Source: a virus. Taken from it: 64,000 nt of DNA. Below are positions 1 through 9,220 of this stretch, in pieces. The position numbers were made by a program, and so were the translations under genes. The stretch lies in IMG/VR virus record IMGVR_UViG_3300040758_000214, positions 79,061-143,060 of that record; one strand, written 5' to 3'. How positions within the stretch are numbered: the stretch's first letter is position 1; every line of letters begins with the position of its first letter. The notes beneath the pieces are model-generated. The model was not told the origin of the DNA. It saw nothing but the letters and a program-made list of their open reading frames with translations, and did not search any database.

Positions 1-85
1 CTTTTGACCTATCAAGAATACATTCCATTACAGAGTTATCAAGAATTGTCTTTAATGTGGTTGCTACTTTCTTAGTTTTACTCAT
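1..85 (-). CDS. hypothetical protein, 5' part only (runs off window)
   Basis: ATG at 85 preceded by AGGAG; frame MSKTKKVATTLKTILDNS... open to the window edge. Confidence 0.5.
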   Translation of the reverse strand, partial: MSKTKKVATTLKTILDNSVMECILDRSK

Positions 86-120
86 TGTAATTCTCCTTTT
101 TGATTTTTGTTTGATTTGTT

Positions 121-288
121 TTATCCTGCATCATACATTCTTATATAATATCCACAATTTGAACAACATACATCTCCATCATGCATTGCCATATCATAAT
201 TTCTAACTTCTGTTTGAATAGGCGAATCTCCACATTTAGGACATTTATCAGGAATTCCCCTTGAGTTTATTCCATGGTTTATTTCCAT
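121..288 (-). CDS. small Zn-ribbon protein (55 aa, not in ORF track)
   Basis: Manual translation MEINHG...CPKCG...CSNCGYYIRMYDAG; AGAGGA upstream. Confidence 0.6.
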   Translation of the reverse strand: MEINHGINSRGIPDKCPKCGDSPIQTEVRNYDMAMHDGDVCCSNCGYYIRMYDAG

Positions 289-301
289 TAATTATCCTCT
301 T

Positions 302-583
302 TTAAAATGAATGGCCCCAACTTCTCCAACCAAGTTTGAAATACTTTAATAAAATATCTCTTACTTCCCCATTTGTAATTGATTTAAATTGAGAACAATC
401 TATATGTCTATGATTTTTATTTGTAGTTTCACACATTAGAAGTTTATTATTTAAATCTCTTAGAAAAACTATAGCTTTACTATCTTGATCCTGATCTGGA
501 TATATCCAAATTGGATTACAGACACGCTCAGAAAGTTGTTCCATAATCTCTTCTATTAATTTTTCATCTGTTGTTTCATACAT
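302..583 (-). CDS. hypothetical protein
   Basis: 93-aa ORF in a tightly packed minus-strand operon. Confidence 0.6.
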   Translation of the reverse strand: MYETTDEKLIEEIMEQLSERVCNPIWIYPDQDQDSKAIVFLRDLNNKLLMCETTNKNHRHIDCSQFKSITNGEVRDILLKYFKLGWRSWGHSF

Positions 584-585
584 AT

Positions 586-1335
586 TTATCCTTTCAATGC
601 AGCTAATCTTGATGATACATCTTTTGGTTTTTCATTTTCACCAGATGCTTCTTTTAATGCAGCAGATATATTTTCATCTTCCTTTTCTATATCTGATTTA
701 GTTAAAGATTCAACTCTTAAATTAGCAGCTGCAGCTTCATTTCTATCTTTATTTGCTTTAGATTGAAAAGAATTTAATACAACATTTAAATCATTTTTAT
801 CTGAACTTAATCCTGCTTTTATTTCAGCCGCATCACTTTTTAATTGAGACCTTTCTTTTTCAATAGATGCTCTAACCATATCTTGTTTTGCTTTATCAAT
901 GGCCTTATGTGCAGCTTCCATCTTTACTGTAAACTCTTTTAAATACGACGCAACCTCATTATAGATTTCTTCAGCTTCTTGACAATCTTGTTTTTCACTA
1001 TCAACATCAGGTTTAAGTTCTTCAAGTTTATTTAATAATTCGTTTAAACTCTTTTCAACATTTGGATCTTGTGTTTCATTAAATTTCTTTTCTAAAATTT
1101 CAGCAGCTTTAATTCTTTGTTGATATGCTTTTTCTAAGTCATTGTATTTATCTTGTTCTTTTTGAAGGTTATTCCTTGCAGTTGCAACCTTTAAACTTAA
1201 TTCATCAAATTTCTGTTTAAATACTTCCATCTGAGCTTCACTGGCAGTTTCAGGATCGAACTTAACAAGAAAACTTGTAAATTCATTTACTCCATGTTTT
1301 ACTTCTTCACCAAAAAACTTTTTAAGAAATGACAT
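586..1335 (-). CDS. PspA/IM30 (ESCRT-III-like) family protein, YjfJ-like
   Basis: Amphipathic N-terminus MSFLKKFFG, long coiled coil, C-terminal 'VSSRLAALKG' typical of PspA family; DUF2491-like neighbour. Confidence 0.75.
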   Translation of the reverse strand: MSFLKKFFGEEVKHGVNEFTSFLVKFDPETASEAQMEVFKQKFDELSLKVATARNNLQKEQDKYNDLEKAYQQRIKAAEILEKKFNETQDPNVEKSLNELLNKLEELKPDVDSEKQDCQEAEEIYNEVASYLKEFTVKMEAAHKAIDKAKQDMVRASIEKERSQLKSDAAEIKAGLSSDKNDLNVVLNSFQSKANKDRNEAAAANLRVESLTKSDIEKEDENISAALKEASGENEKPKDVSSRLAALKG

Positions 1336-1339
1336 TTAA

Positions 1340-1663
1340 TTATTCTCCTTCATATTTTATTTGAATTTGTTTTAACTTTTTGATATTAATATTAATTATA
1401 TCATCATCTCCCATATCTTCAAATACAATTAAATCTAAATCCTCAATTATTTCTAAACAAATATCTGCTAATTCATCACCAATACATCCAACTTTAAGAG
1501 TATTTGTTTTTTCATTTAATAATAAAACAAATTTATTTATTATTTCTTCAAATTGTTTATCATTGAGACCATCAGAATATTCTTCTATTTCCAATTTTTT
1601 ACTTCGTAATATATTCTCAATATCATCAGGAATATAAACAATATAATTTGAAGGATAACTCAT
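1340..1663 (-). CDS. hypothetical protein
   Basis: 107-aa acidic ORF with RBS. Confidence 0.6.
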   Translation of the reverse strand: MSYPSNYIVYIPDDIENILRSKKLEIEEYSDGLNDKQFEEIINKFVLLLNEKTNTLKVGCIGDELADICLEIIEDLDLIVFEDMGDDDIININIKKLKQIQIKYEGE

Positions 1664-1675
1664 TTATTTCTCCTT

Positions 1676-1921
1676 TTATTTTGGGGCATCTCTATTTGGA
1701 CCACCAGGAACAGATACTTGAACACTAGAAGCTAATACTCCATCGCCAATAATTTCTATACGTCCTTCATCATAATATTGTCCATCTATACTTTTACCAT
1801 CTTTATCTATTTTTGGGACTAAACAATATTGGTCACAACCATATAAGTATTGAACTCTAGCTGTGATAATCCCTTCAAAATTTGTGATTTTATCTTTACC
1901 AAGTTTGCCCAATTCAATCAT
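1676..1921 (-). CDS. conserved phage hypothetical protein (SH3-like)
   Basis: 'LG..KDKITNFEGIITAR..YLYGC.QY' pattern common in phage small proteins. Confidence 0.6.
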   Translation of the reverse strand: MIELGKLGKDKITNFEGIITARVQYLYGCDQYCLVPKIDKDGKSIDGQYYDEGRIEIIGDGVLASSVQVSVPGGPNRDAPK

Positions 1922-1922
1922 T

Positions 1923-2159
1923 TTATTTTTCCCCTTTAAATTTATATTCCCATTTATTTTTCCATTTTATTACCAAATTATGATAACTTGAATCATATTC
2001 TAAAAGTACAAGTATTTCATTTAAAAGACTTTCTAAATTCTTTACATAATTTAATTCTCTTTCTATTCTAATATTTTCTTTAGTCTTTATACATTCTTCA
2101 CAATACTCATCTTCTAAAATAAATTTATTATGATTTGAACAATAATATCCATATTCCAT
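1923..2159 (-). CDS. hypothetical protein with N-terminal CxxH/CxxC
   Basis: 78-aa ORF; CSNH...CEEC. Confidence 0.55.
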   Translation of the reverse strand: MEYGYYCSNHNKFILEDEYCEECIKTKENIRIERELNYVKNLESLLNEILVLLEYDSSYHNLVIKWKNKWEYKFKGEK

Positions 2160-2168
2160 AATATTTCC

Positions 2169-2876
2169 TCATATTACAGTAATGAAAGATGGGTCTAAAG
2201 GAATACCTATAAGAATTCTTATGTATTCACCTTCATCATCATTTTCTTGACTGACTATACAATACTCTGATACATCTTCATTTATTGCTCTACCATAAAA
2301 AACCATTTCATGATCAGTCTCCATTTCATTAGAATTAAATGGATCAATTGAAATATGTTCCTTCATGTAAATAGGATCAACTTTTTCTCCTCCATGTTCA
2401 GGTAAAGTCCTAAGATATGTAATTCCACCTGGAGTATTAAAATCTTTATATCCTAAAAGTCCATTTTCATCATTTATCCACATATCCCAATCATTAGAAT
2501 TTTCTGGATAAACTTCATCTATTACTTTTAAATATAAAATTTCAATTATATCACCATTAGCCTTATCTTGAACTAATTGAATCATTGCATCTTGGTCATT
2601 TTGATATTGTAAATAAAATCTATAAATCTTAAAATCTCCTCCTAGATTTATATCAATTTGACCAATAGACACAATCTTTCCTTCACCATTAGGAGTCATA
2701 ACTAAAAGATTATCTTCTCCAGCTAAGATAAAAGGAGTATTATCAATTAATACTCCCCTATCTAAAGCAAAATTTAAAGGAAGATTCAAATCAAATCTTT
2801 CTTTTTTCTCTACAAAGAATCCTTTTAATCTTTCCATCTTTCTTTTATTTGCAGCTTTTAATAATTGTAATATCAT
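2169..2876 (-). CDS. DUF2491 (YjfK-like) family protein
   Basis: Pattern 'IVSIGQIDI...IYRFYL...DEVYP...W..W....GLLG...F.....Y.R' and proximity to PspA. Confidence 0.65.
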   Translation of the reverse strand: MILQLLKAANKRKMERLKGFFVEKKERFDLNLPLNFALDRGVLIDNTPFILAGEDNLLVMTPNGEGKIVSIGQIDINLGGDFKIYRFYLQYQNDQDAMIQLVQDKANGDIIEILYLKVIDEVYPENSNDWDMWINDENGLLGYKDFNTPGGITYLRTLPEHGGEKVDPIYMKEHISIDPFNSNEMETDHEMVFYGRAINEDVSEYCIVSQENDDEGEYIRILIGIPLDPSFITVI

Positions 2877-3199
2877 ACAAGTCCTTTCAATCCATATAAA
2901 ATTTCAAAATTCCAATCTTTGTATTTATTAATTATACCTGTAAATTCTTCTTCTGATATATCAATAAACTTACTTTTATCATCAAAACACCAATCTATAG
3001 TAGGGTCTTCGCATATAGTCTCATATACTTGAAAATTTGAATTTTCATTATTACTATCATCATGGGCTGAATCATAAAAATTACCAGTCAAAATTATTCT
3101 TTTATTAGTATTATTAATAATATTAGTATCAGTTATAACTATTACATTTCCATGATATTTAATATTATTTTTTAATGCAGTTGCAATTATTTCACTCAT
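2873..3199 (-). CDS. hypothetical protein
   Basis: 108-aa ORF with coupled stop/start overlap. Confidence 0.55.
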   Translation of the reverse strand: MSEIIATALKNNIKYHGNVIVITDTNIINNTNKRIILTGNFYDSAHDDSNNENSNFQVYETICEDPTIDWCFDDKSKFIDISEEEFTGIINKYKDWNFEILYGLKGLV

Positions 3200-3486
3200 A
3201 ATTTATCTCCATTGTAGGATCTTTTAATATAATAAGTTCCAAAAGGTGATATTTTATATTCTTCTCTAAATTTTGGTAACTCCCAATGAGATAATCTATG
3301 AACTTGCAGAATAAGTTTATTTTTAGATTCTTCTTTTGCAACCAGAACACAGATTAAATAATCACCAGTTTTAACTTTATTATTATATAAACTTATTCCA
3401 TGAAATTTATCTACATTATTAATATTAACATCCGGTTCATCATATAAACATGGATCACTAATGTCATTAATCTTTCTATTTTTCAT
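3196..3486 (-). CDS. hypothetical protein
   Basis: 96-aa ORF with AGGAG RBS. Confidence 0.55.
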   Translation of the reverse strand: MKNRKINDISDPCLYDEPDVNINNVDKFHGISLYNNKVKTGDYLICVLVAKEESKNKLILQVHRLSHWELPKFREEYKISPFGTYYIKRSYNGDKL

Positions 3487-3701
3487 CTATTCTCCTTTTT
3501 TATTTATAATAGTTTCCATAATATAAACATACGAATATTATTATTCCTTTTATTAATTGACCTAAAATTGCACCAAATTGATTTTCTGGTTTATTATGAT
3601 ATTCATTATGTTTATCCTTAATTATTGAATAAATCCCCCCCTATTAATAACCATATTAAGTAACATGTAAGAATAATTCTAAAATTAATCATATATACTC
3701 C

Positions 3702-4682
3702 TTATTTTCCAAATCCTAATTTAGATCCATCATATGAATTTGGTATAGATTTCATCTTTTTCAATCTTTCAATAGTTTCATCATATTCTCTACCTAGACA
3801 AAATATTGCAATGACTAATTCTTTTAAATGGGCTACAGATAAATCATGTGTATCTATAACCCATTTTTCAAGATCTTCATCATTCATTTCATCTTGAGAT
3901 ACTCTTGTTCTTAAATAAAATCTTCTTGCTTCAATTGAAGGCATCCCAATTTTGATAACTTCATCAAAGCGACTGGGCCGATTTACTATCCTAGAATCCA
4001 ATCGTTCAGGGTAGTTCGTTGTCGCAAGATGAACTACATTATTAATTTGATTTTCTCCATCTAATAACGATAAAATTCCCGATTCACCATAATTATTGAT
4101 TAATTCATCAATATCTTCCTCAACAACGATCAAAGGTCGACTTGGCTCTATCAATCTGATAATTCTGAGAGCTTCAGATGCAATATTTGGATTCTTACAA
4201 ATTAAAACAATTCCTCCTCGTTTAATTATATTTTCGATTAAAAGCATCACAGTAACTGTCTTTCCGCTGCCCGGCGGCCCCCACAAAATTATCCCTCTTT
4301 TGTGTAATTGTTTTCTAGAAATAAATTTATCCCTAGCCGACCAGAATATATCAATCGAATTTAATACTTTTGCACTAGCAGAGTCAGGAAGTCTTAATAA
4401 TTCATCAGTAACCATTACAACTTTTTGAAGGTGAACTCTTCCATAATCATCTATGGCGGCACTATATGATCCAACTGGCAAATTATTAATTGTTCTCTGT
4501 GATGAAATATAAGTATCTCCAGCACTTATTAACCATTGAGAAAATCCTCCATCATTATGAGGGACTTTACCACATTTAAGAATAGATGAGCCAGCCTCAG
4601 TTTCAGGTCCATCACAATTAGAATCATCTTTTTTTATTTCAGAACCAATTTTTTCTATGAACTCATTTAGATCATCACTCAT
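3702..4682 (-). CDS. classical-clade AAA+ ATPase
   Basis: Walker A GPPGSGKT, Walker B VVEEDID, second region of homology TTNYPERLDSRIVNRPSRFD. Confidence 0.9.
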   Translation of the reverse strand: MSDDLNEFIEKIGSEIKKDDSNCDGPETEAGSSILKCGKVPHNDGGFSQWLISAGDTYISSQRTINNLPVGSYSAAIDDYGRVHLQKVVMVTDELLRLPDSASAKVLNSIDIFWSARDKFISRKQLHKRGIILWGPPGSGKTVTVMLLIENIIKRGGIVLICKNPNIASEALRIIRLIEPSRPLIVVEEDIDELINNYGESGILSLLDGENQINNVVHLATTNYPERLDSRIVNRPSRFDEVIKIGMPSIEARRFYLRTRVSQDEMNDEDLEKWVIDTHDLSVAHLKELVIAIFCLGREYDETIERLKKMKSIPNSYDGSKLGFGK

Positions 4683-4714
4683 TATTTATATCCTTTTTTT
4701 TGTTTAATTTTCAA

Positions 4715-5686
4715 TTACAATAACATCCAAACAACAACTATTGCTGCGGCAATACCAACTCCTACTCCAATATTTCTTAACAAATGACTTTCAGGTTTTG
4801 GTGTAGCCATTGGATCCATCTGAGTAGGAGGATTGGGTTGATTATTATTTGCATCTTCTACTGCTTTGGATGATAATGCAACATCTTTCATTGTTGGAGG
4901 AATATAATTAGGATCTTTTGGTTGACCACTCAATCCATTCGCTTGATTATCCATTTGATTCAATTTAGCTTTTAATTCAGCATTATCCTGTGCAAGACGA
5001 TTTGCTTCATTTCTCCATTGAATCATGTCTGGATCTTGTTGATGTGAATAATACATCATTGCATATTGACGATCATTAATGTGGTCTAACATGAACCATA
5101 ATGCCATACCATCCCACATTCCAAAATACGGATATGTATTATATGCATAATAAGGCGTTGCATAATGATATCCACCATAAAATGAATTTCTATGGACATA
5201 ATAAGTTCCAGGTGTTACATGATAAACATTTACAACTCTATATGCAGTTTGTCTTGAAGAATTTGAATAATGATAATTAGAAGGTGGAGTTTTAAATTTA
5301 CTTTGTTCTGCTTTATATGATGATAAAGCTTTTGATGATTCTGCTTTACTCACTCCAGTATTCATTCTTGATTGCATTGCAGTCTTTGGTACATTTGATG
5401 TTGGTTTAATTGCTGCTTTTGCTCCACCTGAATTTCCATACCCGGAAGGTTTGGAAGTTTGAACTGCAGATGGTTTAAATGCACTATTTGAATATGACCT
5501 TGATGGAGACGTTGGAGCAGAATATGAACGACTTGGACTGCTATTTGAATATGACCTGGATGAATATGAACTTCCTCTAGAATAAGATCTCCCGCCTCCT
5601 CCGCCACCAGAAAAACCTTTAGCGAAGGATAAATCCGAAATTGTTAAAGTTAATAAAATGGTTAAAAGTATACTAATGCGTTTCAT
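4715..5686 (-). CDS. exported Gly/Ser-rich membrane-anchored protein
   Basis: Signal peptide, low-complexity GGGGRSYS repeats, FGMWDGMALWFMLD segment, coiled coil, C-terminal TM helix. Confidence 0.7.
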   Translation of the reverse strand: MKRISILLTILLTLTISDLSFAKGFSGGGGGGRSYSRGSSYSSRSYSNSSPSRSYSAPTSPSRSYSNSAFKPSAVQTSKPSGYGNSGGAKAAIKPTSNVPKTAMQSRMNTGVSKAESSKALSSYKAEQSKFKTPPSNYHYSNSSRQTAYRVVNVYHVTPGTYYVHRNSFYGGYHYATPYYAYNTYPYFGMWDGMALWFMLDHINDRQYAMMYYSHQQDPDMIQWRNEANRLAQDNAELKAKLNQMDNQANGLSGQPKDPNYIPPTMKDVALSSKAVEDANNNQPNPPTQMDPMATPKPESHLLRNIGVGVGIAAAIVVVWMLL

Positions 5687-5707
5687 TTGTTTCTCCTTGA
5701 ATTTAAT

Positions 5708-8700
5708 TTATTTTTGTATTCCAATTACTGTAAGATAATTATGTAAAAGTTTTACAGTTTCTGGACATCCATCTATGACTTTTGTTTCTTTATGATCAGA
5801 ATCAATCATTTGTTTAATCCATTGGTTCTTCTTATCAATGCAATCAGACTTTGTAGTTAAGATCTCTCTTAAATTTTCGGTTGCATCTTGCGCTATTAAG
5901 CAGGCGAGTTCCATTTCGCCCGCGCGTTGGCCACCAGGAGGCTTTAAACCCTTATTTAAAATTCCTTTTCGTTTTGTATTTCCACCTCCAATTGGTTGTA
6001 GAGTCTTTTTCATATACAGACCAATTCCTCTTGCAGTCATTTTGCTTTCAGCAATATGAAGCATACGAAAAAAGTACATCCAACCACATGCAATCATATT
6101 CTCAGTAAAACAATCAAATTCAGGGAGATAAACTTTTTGCTCATATTTACTTCCAGTGAATTCCATTGCAATTTTAAGCATTTCTTTAGTACATGATTCA
6201 AATGGGGGTTGAATTATTGTTAACTCTTCAATAAATTCTTTAGTTACAATTAAGGGGACTCTTTCTATAAATTGACTAGAATACCACTTTCCTTTTGTAT
6301 TATCTATCATGGAAATAAATGTAATTAAATAACTCTTTATATCATCTTGAGATTTATCAGAATCTATCATTTGAATTAATTGCTTCTTTAAATTTTCTAA
6401 GGCTAATCCTAAATGTAATTCAAATATTTGTCCGATATTCATTCTAGATGGCACACCTAGAGCATTTATACAAATATCAACATGTCTTCCATCTTCTAAT
6501 CTTGGCATTTTATCATGTGGAACAATTCTTGAAATTACTCCTTTATTTCCATGACGATTTCCTATTTTATCTCCTACTGCAATACTTCTTGTATATACTC
6601 CATACATTTCTACATACATTCCATTAATTTTCTCATTTTTACTTTTATATTTTCCGGTATGAGAAAATTTATCTAAATCATGATCTCTTATAAATTGTAA
6701 AGCTTCATCCTTTGGTAATGAATCATAAATAGGTTTTTGTAATTCTTTTTCATATTCAATTTGACTTTGAATTTTCTTTTCAACCCAATCATTAAATTCT
6801 GGTATTTCTTTATTCCATTCATTTGCATAAATATTAACTTCATTTACACCAACGACTTGTTTCTTAATTGTTAATGGAATAGCTTCTTCAAAGATTGATG
6901 AAAAGTCCATTGGTCCACTTGGTATTTCTTTTAAAATTGCATAAGGAGTTCCTGCTTTAAGAACTTCAAAATTTAAAGGAGATTTACTTTTTGTTGCTTT
7001 TGGATTTGGTAAAGGTTTATAAATCTTTTTCTTTGTTCTCCTTTCTTCTTCTAATTCATCTTTAGTTCTATAAGGAAGATTAAATAAAACTTTACTCGGT
7101 GATAATGTAAATGATAAATCTATAAAATGAATAGAAGTAAAGACGTCTTTTCCATTTATTAATCTATCAGATATTAAAATTCCATCTTCAAAATTATATC
7201 CATCATATGATGTAACTGCAGTTAATAAATTTTTACCAATATTTATTTTACCATTTTTACAAAAACTAGATTCAATTAAAATATCTCCGGCTTTAAATTT
7301 ATCTCCAACTTTAAAATAAATTGAATCAATTAAATCTAAATTTTCAACATATATTTTTCTATAAAAAGTATCAAAAATATCTACGGTTTTATCATCATAT
7401 ACTACAATCATATGATTAGAATCTAAAAATATTACTTCTCCATTTTGTTTAGCTCTTCTTACAAATTGAGTTTGATCTGTATATAATCCTTCACATCCAC
7501 TTTGAATCATTGGAATATCAAAATCTGTAAGACAAATTGATTGCCTCATTTGAGAAGATGCCATTTGTAATCTTGTTTGGTCATCATGTTCTAAAAATGG
7601 AACTAATGATACAGGAATTGAAATAGGTTGTAATTCTAAATATTCATCTGTAAATTTTAAATTTGAGTCAAGAATAGTATTTGGAATTAAATTTTGTAAT
7701 ACTCCACAATTTTCTCTATCTGGAGTATCTACAGGACATACTCTACCAAACATAGAAGGGGTAATATCTCTTAAATGTTTAGGTACATTTTCTCTATCAA
7801 ATCCTCCCGGTCCAACTAAACTTGTTCTTGATAATTTTGTTAATTCATCAATAGGATTAATTGAAAAGTCAAATTGGACTATATCAGACACATTACAATC
7901 TGATAATATCTGAGTTGAATTAATATTAAATTTAGGAGATTTGGCAGTTCTATTTGACATACAAAAATCAAATATCGTTTTAGAAACCTTAGCTAAAACG
8001 ATATATTCAAAACATCTAATTCTTTTATTAATATAATTTGTATCATCTATTTTTTCAGATTGTATTACATCAATCAATTCTTCTAAAATAGATTGAGTTC
8101 TAAAGAATTTAGAAGACATAATATCACACTTTAATATAATATCTAAAGCATATATCATATCTTGACCTTTTTGTGTTGGATCATATTTAGAACTAAATTT
8201 TCCTAGTTCTTTAATAAAATCATCTTGTGAATAATCTTCTGATGTATCATAATATCCTTTTAAATCATAAACTAATTTTTCAATCAATGTGTTTGGTGAT
8301 TCATATTCCATATCTTTTAAACCAAATTTTTGATCTAAATAATCTAATCCATAATATGATAATAATAGAAGAGAAAGAGGAACTATTTTATTTAAAAAAC
8401 TCACTCTAATAAAAGGTTCCTCTTTAAATTCAATCACTGTAAGAGTTGCACAATTAGTTCTAATCTTAATTGTTTTTCCCCTTGTTACAACAGGAATATC
8501 AAACAATTGAAATAATGGAATCTTTCTCTTTCCATTAATATAAAAGTAATTCCCATCTATTAATTTTGGAATAGACATTGATAAATTTATTTCTGCAGTA
8601 AGTTTTTTAAATTTAATAACAATATTCTTTTTTAATGTCCTATCCAATTCTCCTTCCATTGAAAATCTATGATCCCTTATCCCAAAATCAACAATTTCAA

Positions 8701-8830
8701 AACCAAGTTCTTCAGCTGGAACTAATATTTGTCTAATCTTATTTTCTAAATCCTGATATTCATCTTTTCTAATTGTAAATATATTTTTGTTTAAATTGTG
8801 CAATTTGTAAAAAGGATTTATTAAGTCCAT
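5708..8830 (-). CDS. DNA-directed RNA polymerase beta subunit-like (phage set 1)
   Basis: GRVCPVDTPDRENCG, GYNFEDG, GDKIGNRHGNKG, PSRMNIGQ, GGQRAGEME motifs. Confidence 0.95.
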   Translation of the reverse strand: MDLINPFYKLHNLNKNIFTIRKDEYQDLENKIRQILVPAEELGFEIVDFGIRDHRFSMEGELDRTLKKNIVIKFKKLTAEINLSMSIPKLIDGNYFYINGKRKIPLFQLFDIPVVTRGKTIKIRTNCATLTVIEFKEEPFIRVSFLNKIVPLSLLLLSYYGLDYLDQKFGLKDMEYESPNTLIEKLVYDLKGYYDTSEDYSQDDFIKELGKFSSKYDPTQKGQDMIYALDIILKCDIMSSKFFRTQSILEELIDVIQSEKIDDTNYINKRIRCFEYIVLAKVSKTIFDFCMSNRTAKSPKFNINSTQILSDCNVSDIVQFDFSINPIDELTKLSRTSLVGPGGFDRENVPKHLRDITPSMFGRVCPVDTPDRENCGVLQNLIPNTILDSNLKFTDEYLELQPISIPVSLVPFLEHDDQTRLQMASSQMRQSICLTDFDIPMIQSGCEGLYTDQTQFVRRAKQNGEVIFLDSNHMIVVYDDKTVDIFDTFYRKIYVENLDLIDSIYFKVGDKFKAGDILIESSFCKNGKINIGKNLLTAVTSYDGYNFEDGILISDRLINGKDVFTSIHFIDLSFTLSPSKVLFNLPYRTKDELEEERRTKKKIYKPLPNPKATKSKSPLNFEVLKAGTPYAILKEIPSGPMDFSSIFEEAIPLTIKKQVVGVNEVNIYANEWNKEIPEFNDWVEKKIQSQIEYEKELQKPIYDSLPKDEALQFIRDHDLDKFSHTGKYKSKNEKINGMYVEMYGVYTRSIAVGDKIGNRHGNKGVISRIVPHDKMPRLEDGRHVDICINALGVPSRMNIGQIFELHLGLALENLKKQLIQMIDSDKSQDDIKSYLITFISMIDNTKGKWYSSQFIERVPLIVTKEFIEELTIIQPPFESCTKEMLKIAMEFTGSKYEQKVYLPEFDCFTENMIACGWMYFFRMLHIAESKMTARGIGLYMKKTLQPIGGGNTKRKGILNKGLKPPGGQRAGEMELACLIAQDATENLREILTTKSDCIDKKNQWIKQMIDSDHKETKVIDGCPETVKLLHNYLTVIGIQK

Positions 8831-8878
8831 TCATGTCTCCTTTTGGTTTAGTTAAAGTATGGATTGTATGATTTTCAA

Positions 8879-9220
8879 TTAAATATGACGTTGTGAATAA
8901 TTGTTACAATAAACCATTATTGCCTCATATAATGCTAATTTAAAATCTCTATTAGAAGTAGTAACAATCAATGTATGTTCTTTAGTATAATATAACTTAA
9001 CATCAGTTATTTTATTTCCACAACAACAAATATTCTCACTAAAATTTATAGATAATCCGATTGAATTGATTCTTTGTATAGTGCTTTCAACTAAGATTGA
9101 GCTTCCTAAATAATTTGGAAGATATCCAAAGTTTCCCCAAGGATCACACCATCTATTTGCAGAATCCTTTATCATTCCAAAAACTTTTTCAGCAATTTCT
9201 TCATTTGTAATTTTATTCAT
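8879..9220 (-). CDS. hypothetical protein between the RNAP subunit genes
   Basis: 113-aa ORF abutting the beta' stop codon. Confidence 0.55.
   Translation of the reverse strand: MNKITNEEIAEKVFGMIKDSANRWCDPWGNFGYLPNYLGSSILVESTIQRINSIGLSINFSENICCCGNKITDVKLYYTKEHTLIVTTSNRDFKLALYEAIMVYCNNYSQRHI

Noticed and set aside
5362-5607. 81-aa alternative-frame ORF with repeated GHIQI
   Set aside because: By-product of the SRSYSN repeats in the overlapping 4715..5686 gene
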